Below are positions 1-6,880 of a DNA stretch of 14,397 bases, piece by piece. Source of the stretch: Candidatus Heimdallarchaeota archaeon. GTDB lineage: Archaea > Asgardarchaeota > Wukongarchaeia > Wukongarchaeales > JBHIFL01. Below the pieces are notes generated by a model. It had not been told where the DNA came from. It saw nothing but the letters and a program-made list of their open reading frames with translations, and did no database searches. The position numbers and the translations under genes are program-made. Where the stretch lies: assembly GCA_046761065.1 (NCBI GenBank), contig JBHIFL010000092.1:1-14397 (forward strand), in the 5' to 3' direction. Within the stretch, counting starts at the first letter, position 1, and every line of letters starts with the position of its first letter.

Positions 1-256
1 TATATGAGATTGAGCCTATGAAGCCGCCAAATGCTTCTTTTTCTAAAGATCTTAGAATAAAGAAAGCTTTTTTATGCCATTACGCCAAATTTGGCCCATT
101 AAACAAAGTTGAGAAATTTTACTTCTTATTCTAAATTATACATATCGTTTTTAACAAGAGGTAGTAGGATTAGGCCATCTCTCATTCTAAAAGAGGAAAA
201 AAGGGTGAAGCAAACATCCTATTTAACTTTCTAGAATTTATTAAGAGGATAAATTG

Positions 257-283
257 GTAAGAAAAAAAGTGGAGGAAAAAAGA
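257..283 (-). terminator. Putative archaeal oligo-T terminator of aor1
   Basis: Directly after the aor1 TAA the minus strand has two T-runs separated by CCTCCAC. Confidence 0.5.
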
Positions 284-2062
284 TTAGTACTGGTGGACCT
301 TGTCCAATTCCTCATCAGGGACGTCAAAGACCACATTGTGGGGGGGGAGTGGTTCAGTACGGAAAAACTCAGGGAGGCGATCGTGCACTTCGGTCATGCC
401 GGCGCGTCTGTTGAAGGTACGTTCCTTTCTGAGGATTTCCTTCCCATATTCCACAGGATCGATCTCAGTGTCTAAGAAACCGTTGATCGTCTCTGTCATC
501 CCCTCGAATCCGGATTCGATATCCAGAATTGCAAATGCAATGAACAAACAGTAACCCGTAGAGTCGATGTATGCGGTGGTGGCCTGATAGGCTTGAGACA
601 ACTCAGCTTTCGTTGTGTCTCGTGGATCTACTCCACCAGCAGTGCCAAGAATTTCTGGGGCAATAGTGTAACCCTGAGTATGGCAGCCGCCTTGAGTGCC
701 AGTGGCATAAGTAACACCGATTCCTTTGATAGGACGAGGGTCATATGCTGGGAGGGATTGTCCTTTGACGTGGGCAACGTGAGTCACCCCAAAGGCTCCG
801 CCCAGTGCTAGGGCACCGGAACCCACTAAAGCGCCCAAGGGATCTTTGTCTTTGGCCACGCTTTTGAGGAGTTCGACGGCGGCTGGGCCGTCCCCAAATT
901 CCAAAAGGCCAGCTTCCATAGCGACGGCGATCGTATTGCCAGCCTCAATCGTGTCCAATCCTAAGTTGTTACAGACACGATTTAATTCAGCGACATAATA
1001 GAGGTCATCAATAGTGCAGTTGGTACCCAAGGCCCAAACCGTCTCGTACTCAAGGGGAGAGACATGTGGTTCACCTGTGTCCTCATAAGGAACGACATTA
1101 GAGCAAGCCATGATGCAGCCCGGATGGCACGGATGGGCGTAAGTGGCAGGGGAGTCTGGAAATTTAGTTTTGACACGATCCACGAGTTCGTGGACGGCTT
1201 CGCCCGAGATCTTATGGGCATGTTCAAAGTGGCCAGCATGCCAGTTGCGGGTTGGGAGTGCGCCAGCCTCGTTGATGATATTTTGGAGGACATTAGTACC
1301 ATAGTTTTTCAACGCACCATAGGGTTTACCATCTTTCTCGAGATCCCCCGTAATTGCGTGTTCATTTAGGGCATCAACAAGTTTTTTGCGGCCTTGTTCA
1401 AACAGGACTTCGTTAGCGGGTTTAGGGCGTTCGGTCCCAGAGGAGTCAGAGATGATAGCTATTACACGTTTGGAGCCGAGAACAGCCCCGAGGCCGCCAC
1501 GACCGGCATAACGGCCAGGATCGGTGTTTTCGATGTTATTGCCAAAGATGCCGGCCATTTTCATGAGTTTTTGGCCAGCGACGCCACAACCAATGATTCC
1601 AGGTTTGGTAGGATACTCGTCCCAGACCTTTTCAATGAGGTCGTACAGGCCCATACCCGCGTAGTTATTGGCCTCAACGATTTCGCACTTGTCCTTGGAG
1701 ATGACGATGTTGTACCAGTTAAGATCATCTTTAGGCTGACCTTCAATGATAACCGCCTTTAAACCTAAGCGACCGAGCTTTTGGGCAGTCAGGCCTCCGG
1801 CATTAGCCTCTTTGATCCCATTGGTTAGGGGAGACTTGCCTCCAACGCTCAACCGACCGGATGAAGGAGCATTTGTTCCTGAAAGAATACCTGGTGCGGC
1901 GATAAATTTATTTTTAGGGCCTAGAGGATGGCAGGTGGGATCTACCTCATCGTAAAGGATCGAGGAGGTAATAGCTCGTCTCCCAAGATGCTTATACTTA
2001 GCTGGGACGTCCTCAAAGGAGTGGCTGCGGTTTTCTATATTTATCCGGAGAATTTTTCTCAT
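284..2062 (-). CDS. aor: Aldehyde:ferredoxin oxidoreductase family protein (W-bis-pterin, 4Fe-4S), short C-terminus type
   Basis: 592 aa. Motifs GKSPLT..IKEANAGG, GRGGLGAVLGSK, CHPGCIMAC (Fe-S), LEYET, CNNLGLDTI, PAYDPR, GGCHT, DSTGYCLF. GGAGGT RBS 7 nt upstream of the ATG. Confidence 0.95.
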   Translation of the reverse strand: MRKILRINIENRSHSFEDVPAKYKHLGRRAITSSILYDEVDPTCHPLGPKNKFIAAPGILSGTNAPSSGRLSVGGKSPLTNGIKEANAGGLTAQKLGRLGLKAVIIEGQPKDDLNWYNIVISKDKCEIVEANNYAGMGLYDLIEKVWDEYPTKPGIIGCGVAGQKLMKMAGIFGNNIENTDPGRYAGRGGLGAVLGSKRVIAIISDSSGTERPKPANEVLFEQGRKKLVDALNEHAITGDLEKDGKPYGALKNYGTNVLQNIINEAGALPTRNWHAGHFEHAHKISGEAVHELVDRVKTKFPDSPATYAHPCHPGCIMACSNVVPYEDTGEPHVSPLEYETVWALGTNCTIDDLYYVAELNRVCNNLGLDTIEAGNTIAVAMEAGLLEFGDGPAAVELLKSVAKDKDPLGALVGSGALALGGAFGVTHVAHVKGQSLPAYDPRPIKGIGVTYATGTQGGCHTQGYTIAPEILGTAGGVDPRDTTKAELSQAYQATTAYIDSTGYCLFIAFAILDIESGFEGMTETINGFLDTEIDPVEYGKEILRKERTFNRRAGMTEVHDRLPEFFRTEPLPPHNVVFDVPDEELDKVHQY

Positions 2063-2069
2063 GTGTCAA

Positions 2070-2117
2070 ACCTCCATACAAGTTAAAGTACAGAATAAGT
2101 ATATTAAAAAAGTTCCG
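2070..2117 (-). promoter_or_regulatory. aor1 promoter (TATA-like) and RBS
   Basis: Minus strand CCGGAACTTTTTTAATATAC (about 2118-2099), then GGAGGT at 2075-2070 before ATG 2062. Confidence 0.5.
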
Positions 2118-2206
2118 GCGTCTATTAACAAAATGATATTGATTAGGATTCGAGCGAGGCGAAACGTATCAACGTTCTATTGCGTTTTCCGTAAATTGAA
2201 TGGCAA

Positions 2207-2524
2207 TTAATAATAATCTACTTTCTTAGGGGACTTTTTTGTAACAAAACCATGCCCTTTCAAGTGTTGGCCACCGCATAAGAGATGCATCCCAAGGGGA
2301 AATAAAGCCACACGAGCTTCATCAGGGATAAGAGTGTTAGCAGAGGCGACCTTGGCATTGACGAAACAATCGCCGCATTCGCTTTCATGAAGGCCTATCC
2401 GTTCTAAGAAGTCTTCAAAACGCTCCCCCTTGACATTCGGTACCCGTACGACAGTTTGTTCAGATAAACGAGCAGACGGGTTGAATTTTTTCTTGAGATG
2501 CCCATAAATATGAACTTCAATCAT
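2207..2524 (-). CDS. Atypical MoaD/ThiS-like beta-grasp protein with internal CGG and 20-aa tail
   Basis: 105 aa from ATG 2524 (GGAG upstream; the ORF-track TTG start at 2548 is less likely). MIEVHIYGHL N-terminal strand, FVN motif and RVALFP final strand fit the ThiS/MoaD pattern. No terminal GG. Confidence 0.7.
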   Translation of the reverse strand: MIEVHIYGHLKKKFNPSARLSEQTVVRVPNVKGERFEDFLERIGLHESECGDCFVNAKVASANTLIPDEARVALFPLGMHLLCGGQHLKGHGFVTKKSPKKVDYY

Positions 2525-2644
2525 GCTCACTGGTCTCCAGATTGGCAACTTTGGGATTTTTCCCTACCAAGGAATCTCTTATGGGCTTGTCAACTACGTA
2601 TTCTAAATAGAAGAAGGGTGACTTAAGAAAGGCCGTCTGGGAGA

Positions 2645-2995
2645 TCAAGGATAAGACCTCAAGGCTTGTGTTGGATGGGAGTGGATCATAGCTGCGGCAT
2701 GAACGAACGCGTTACATCCTCCTCCAATGGGGGGAAAGATAGCAATGGTGTCGCCTTCATGAATAGGAGTGTCCAAATGGGCTAACCATTTCACAGAGCG
2801 TCCATTCACTAGAATCTTGACAAGGTGACGGAGCCTGCCATTATCCAAGATGTTATTCCGCAACTCCTCACCATATGTAACAAAGAGGTGATCCAAGACC
2901 TGACGCAGCGTCATCGGCTCGTTGATTGGTACTTCTATCTGTTTTTGCCCAGTAAGGTCACGAAAGGTAGCAAAAAACTTCACAACAACACCCAT
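2645..2995 (-). CDS. moaD: MoaD/SAMP1-like ubiquitin-like sulfur carrier with 23-aa extension after GGG
   Basis: VVKFFATFRDLTG, ILVNGR and GDTIAIFPPIGGG are canonical MoaD/SAMP motifs (93 aa). The frame continues CNAFVHAAAMIHSHPTQALRSYP. Located upstream of aor. Confidence 0.88.
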   Translation of the reverse strand: MGVVVKFFATFRDLTGQKQIEVPINEPMTLRQVLDHLFVTYGEELRNNILDNGRLRHLVKILVNGRSVKWLAHLDTPIHEGDTIAIFPPIGGGCNAFVHAAAMIHSHPTQALRSYP

Positions 2996-3094
2996 GGGAA
3001 CATCATGACATGTAATGTAAATCTAATTATTAAAACTTTGTTTCGACCATCCAAATGTGAAAAATTCTCGTAATGATACAGGCTTAATGGTGAA

Positions 3095-3150
3095 AAAGTT
3101 ATTCCACTTTTTAAGGATCACCTGGTGAAGGGAGGTGAATGAATAACTTT
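3095..3150. repeat. Nested inverted repeat in the moaD / acyl-CoA dehydrogenase divergent region
   Basis: AAAGTTATTC (3095-3104) and GAATAACTTT (3141-3150) are perfect 10-bp arms around a central TCACC-T-GGTGA (3118-3128). Confidence 0.6.
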
Positions 3151-3429
3151 CGTTGTCCTCATCATTCAGAAAGTTCCGCGAATTCTTTAGTAAATTAGGA
3201 GCTTAAGTAATACCAACTGGGAGTTTAAGTACCAAAATATAAAGCGGGTTAGGAGCTGTTTCAAAAGTCTTTGCCCGATTCTGTGATGGTATACTGGCTT
3301 CCTGTAACTGGTAAATAAGTATTTCAAGCAGATAAAGTGACAGCAAATGCTTAAATGAATGTTGGGCAAAATTGGATATCCATGATATTATTCTCTAAGG
3401 GATTAATAAATTACAGGAGCCATGCCGTA

Positions 3430-4680
3430 ATGTTTGATGTTTTATTAAATGAAAAGGAAAAAGGGTTCAAATACCGTGCAAGAGAGTTTGTAAAGACTAT
3501 CCCTTCTAGTTGGCTTAGGAAAATGGATCGTGAGGAGATCCAATATCCGACGGAGTATATAAAAGCCATAGCGAAAGAAAATTTATTGGGCTTACGATTT
3601 TCTCTAGAATACGGGGGTCAAGGGATGGGATGGGTTGCGGAGACGGTTGTAATTGAAGAGTTCGGCATTTTAGGCGCCGCTTTAGGATGTCTCTATGTGC
3701 TCCCAAGTATTGTTGGTGAAGCGATTTACCGCTTTGGGACCGAAAAACAGAAAAAAACGTATTTAGAGCCTATCCTGAAGGGAAAAAAGTTTTGTGCAGA
3801 AGCGTTGACCGAACCTCGAGGTGGTTCCGACTTTTTTGGGGCCAAACTCCTAGCTGAAAAACAAGGAGATTATTTTATACTAAACGGGCAAAAACGATTT
3901 GTCGTTGGCTCTGAAGGCGCCGACATTTTTTTAGTCTATGCGAAAACCGAGCCAAAGGCGCTTGATCCTCGAAAATCAATTAGCACTTTCATAGTTGAGC
4001 GTGATTTTGGGATTCAGGTCAAACATGTGTATGGATTACTGGGTTCACGGGGCGGGGGGACTGGGAGATTGCTCTTTGAAAATGTAGAGGTTCCTGAGGA
4101 GAATTTAGTCGGAGCACTCAATGCTGGGGGGGTGATTTTTAACCAAATGATGATTCCTGAAAGAATGACCAGCGCAGCAGGCGCAATTGGAGCCGCACGA
4201 GGTGGGATCGAAGTCGCAGCGAGATATAGCACCCGAAGGAAAGCTTTCGGACATCCAATTCGAAGCTTCCAGGGTGTGTCCTTTAAATTAGCAGACAGTA
4301 TTACACTACTTGATGCGGCTCGGAGCCTAGTTTATGCCACTGCACGCCATATTGATGCAAATAACGGTCTTGGAGGTGGATCCATCAGGAGGATGGTTTC
4401 GGAAACCAAGAAGTTTGCTACTGATTCGGCTTGGGAAGTAATTAATCACGCTATGCAGATTATGGGAGGCATAGGGTACACAGATGTTTACCCTGTGGAG
4501 AAACTCTTACGCGATATTCGTTTGATGACCATCTGGACTGGAACTAACGAAATAATGAATTCACTCATTCAGCACGAATACTATACCGAACTTGTTATGC
4601 GTTCACAAGAGATAGAACCACGAGATATTGAACCAGATGCGATAGGAGCAGAGTTTGAAGATGAGAAAGTCTTTGAATAA
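3430..4680 (+). CDS. Acyl-CoA dehydrogenase family protein
   Basis: EALTEPRGGSD, LNGQKRFV, R..FG.PI.SFQGV, MQIMGGIGY, LRDIRLMTIWTGTNEIM. Start placed at ATG 3430 (AGGAG upstream) rather than 3355. Confidence 0.95.
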   Translation: MFDVLLNEKEKGFKYRAREFVKTIPSSWLRKMDREEIQYPTEYIKAIAKENLLGLRFSLEYGGQGMGWVAETVVIEEFGILGAALGCLYVLPSIVGEAIYRFGTEKQKKTYLEPILKGKKFCAEALTEPRGGSDFFGAKLLAEKQGDYFILNGQKRFVVGSEGADIFLVYAKTEPKALDPRKSISTFIVERDFGIQVKHVYGLLGSRGGGTGRLLFENVEVPEENLVGALNAGGVIFNQMMIPERMTSAAGAIGAARGGIEVAARYSTRRKAFGHPIRSFQGVSFKLADSITLLDAARSLVYATARHIDANNGLGGGSIRRMVSETKKFATDSAWEVINHAMQIMGGIGYTDVYPVEKLLRDIRLMTIWTGTNEIMNSLIQHEYYTELVMRSQEIEPRDIEPDAIGAEFEDEKVFE

Positions 4681-5169
4681 GACATAGATTGTGCAGGTTA
4701 AGTGACGAGAACAATAAAAAGACGAGTTGGGATGACTAGGTGATGAAAAAACTTGGAAAGGAGGAGGTAGATGAGAATCAGACCCAACTTTGGCATATTT
4801 TAGAAAGTAAAGTTAAATAACAGTGTTAAACAAACGCTCCATGCAATCATCAAAGGTTTCTATCTCCAATTCAACTTTCAGAGCGGTGTACACTGGAGAT
4901 TAACGATTAAACTCAGCACTCGTAGGGTCACTCAACAAAAGGTAGAGACAATAGTGGCAGCGAGGCTCAAAGCTCTCAGAAAAAGCCCAACTCCCTCATT
5001 CAACCACACCAGTGCCAAATATCCTACGCCTGTTCTGAGCGCTGTACCTTTGGGAAAGTTTTTGGAGTTACTGTTTTTCCTGGGAAAATCATATCTTGTT
5101 GTATGTAAATCCATTACCCTTTAATTTGCACTATCGACTATAATGGGTGTTTCAGCTTACTACTTCTAA

Positions 5170-5738
5170 TCAATTAGAGAGATTTACTCCACCTTCATTC
5201 TCTCTCATTATTTTTCTTGTGTCGAACTTATCACAGAATAAGCCCATCCATAGTTTCAGGTGGGGAATCCAACGAGGAACTTTCTTGATATAAATAATGT
5301 AATCCTCCCCGAATCTATGAACTAGGGAAGGCTCTTCAAAATTGATGCAATAGAGATGGTTTCTAATAAAGAAGATAATGAATCAAAGAAATAGGAAAAT
5401 TGACCAGAATAAAACCGATTCTCCGTGAAGAATAATTACTAAATTATTGGATTCCGGACATAACGATAAACTCCACGAACAACAAGCTTCTTCAGCGACT
5501 CCCAATGAGATAATGTTCCTTTCCAGCTTTTTGTAAAAAGGAGAACAGTCTTACCTAAAGCGAAAAAACTAAGGCCAATAAGAGTACAACCTCCTACTAT
5601 TGGGAAAGTAGTGAATGGAAACATCAAGAACCAGCCTAGATGAAGTTCTCCCGTGATCAGGAGGATGGAAATCGGAATAACTATGGTGATATCAAAAGGT
5701 AGTAAAATGAACACTTTGACATGCTCCCATATTTCCAT
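5170..5738 (-). pseudogene. Isoprenylcysteine carboxyl methyltransferase / PEMT-family membrane methyltransferase, disrupted
   Basis: ATG 5738 (GAGGT RBS), hydrophobic helices, GTL..W...KLVVRGVYRYVRNP, then a frameshift near 5440. The second frame reads GESVLFWSIFLFL*(TGA 5385-5383)FIIFF..NH....FEEPSLVHRFGEDY..Y.KKVPRWIP and ends at 5170. Confidence 0.88.
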
Positions 5739-6020
5739 TAAAGATACCTCTTGACACGTTGGGAATTTTCGACCAGCTCCCCCCTTTTTTAAACTATTTG
5801 TTCTTTTTAAGGCAATTTTTCTTTCTAGGTTTGAGTTGTGTGCAATTGACTCAAGGCCATATATTTTCAGATCGATCAAAGCAGTATTTGGATATCTGTG
5901 AGCAACACAGAAAATTTTCGTTAAAGACTGCAAATCAACAACAAAAAAAATATGTAATAATAAATTTGAACGTTTAGAAGAGAAAGTCAAGAAAACTGCA
6001 GAATCTAGGAGTGAACTCGA

Positions 6021-6278
6021 ATGACACTTATGTCTGTTCCAGTAGAAATCATTGATTCGATAGTGAAGCGATTAACGAATGAATTGAGATTGTACAAATC
6101 TGTTGTCAAGAAGTTCGAAATAAAGTATGGTTGTTCTCTCGAAGAGTTTGAGCAGAAATTAGAGACAGAAGGAATTCCTGTCGAGCGCCATGAGATGTGG
6201 GAAGACAGTATCGAATGGCGAAATGCTAGAGAAGAGATAAAGAAAATAGAGGAGATTCTTAAGAGGCTTGAGTTGTGA
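6021..6278 (+). CDS. Small acidic helical protein, putative antitoxin partner of the DUF6516 protein
   Basis: 85 aa with FE.KYG.S.EEF and EDSIEW pattern. GGAGTGA RBS. GTGA overlap with the next gene. Confidence 0.7.
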   Translation: MTLMSVPVEIIDSIVKRLTNELRLYKSVVKKFEIKYGCSLEEFEQKLETEGIPVERHEMWEDSIEWRNAREEIKKIEEILKRLEL

Positions 6279-6616
6279 CATCAACAATCCTGTCGCTCCT
6301 CGCCTCAGAGATTTCCAAATACGAGTTTGTGTTACGAATTGAGAACTTACATACAAAGATTCGAGCACATTTAAAGAAAAATTATTTTCTCGACTTATAC
6401 TACAACGAAACTCTTCAAAAGTATAGTTATACGGTAATCCGCGGGGACCTCAGAATAATGGGTTGGGACAATGCAAAACACCATGTAAGAGTTTCGAGTT
6501 TCCCCCATCATTATCACAAATTAGACGGAAGTTTAGTTGAGTCGCAACTATCGGGGAATCCACTGCAAGACATTCTTAAAGTCATGTCTCAAATCAAACA
6601 GAACCTAAAGCTATAG
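6275..6616 (+). CDS. DUF6516 (TumE-like) putative toxin
   Basis: 113 aa with KYSY, GWDNAKHH and SSFPHHYH motifs, as recalled for DUF6516. Translationally coupled to the upstream small gene. Confidence 0.8.
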   Translation: MTSTILSLLASEISKYEFVLRIENLHTKIRAHLKKNYFLDLYYNETLQKYSYTVIRGDLRIMGWDNAKHHVRVSSFPHHYHKLDGSLVESQLSGNPLQDILKVMSQIKQNLKL

Positions 6617-6677
6617 CTAGATCTCAAAGAACAGTTGTATAAGAATTTAAAAGAAAGTAAAAAATATATGGAATTCG

Positions 6678-6737
6678 TTAGCGGCTTTAAGATCTATTTA
6701 TTGATTATAAACCCGCTAATCTATCAACAGAATAGAT
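6678..6737. repeat. Hairpin pair downstream of the toxin-antitoxin-type genes (possible terminator or RNA element)
   Basis: TTAGCGGCTTTAAGATC (6678-6694) pairs with GATTATAAACCCGCTAA (6703-6719): 17 positions, 2 mismatches, 1 G-T. Followed by ATCTAT/ATAGAT (6719-6737). Confidence 0.55.
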
Positions 6738-6880
6738 AAAACAGACTATATTAAGCCTTGGAAATGGAATCAAACGTGTGTTTACTAATTAAGAAAGTAA
6801 GCATCAGGAGAAGGGCATAAAAGAGGACCCAAATTATTCTTTATGCAATAGATTTTCAGTTTTTTAAGCCGTGATTAACT

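Noticed and set aside
3-134. Open plus-strand frame at the window start (YEIEPMKPPN...FYFLF*)
   Set aside because: Could be the 3' end of an upstream gene, but it is only 43 codons with no motif.
254-1955. Plus-strand and alternate-frame ORFs within aor1 (254-475, 300-554, 593-811, 982-1302, 1064-1369, 1394-1762, 1561-1746, 1746-1955)
   Set aside because: Shadow ORFs of a well-supported gene, with no recognisable motifs.
284-2062. Impression of higher GC in aor1, suggesting horizontal transfer
   Set aside because: Hand counts of a few rows overlapped with aor2 values; GC3 and codon usage would need to be computed.
3139-3186. SECIS-like reading (AUGA ... stem ... GA) and selenocysteine or pyrrolysine readthrough of in-frame stops
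   Set aside because: The geometry does not match a SECIS core. The in-frame stops fall at probable Trp, Gln and Arg positions in genes or elements carrying other lesions.
2825-3369. ORFs 2825-3073 (+) and 3187-3369 (-)
   Set aside because: They overlap moaD or promoter DNA and lack an RBS or protein-like motifs.
5759-6024. ORF 5759-5977 and a start-less frame ending ...FERLEEKVKKTAESRSELE* that overlaps the antitoxin ATG (ATGA), joinable at an A8 run
   Set aside because: Possibly a gene remnant, but there is no family signal and no credible start.
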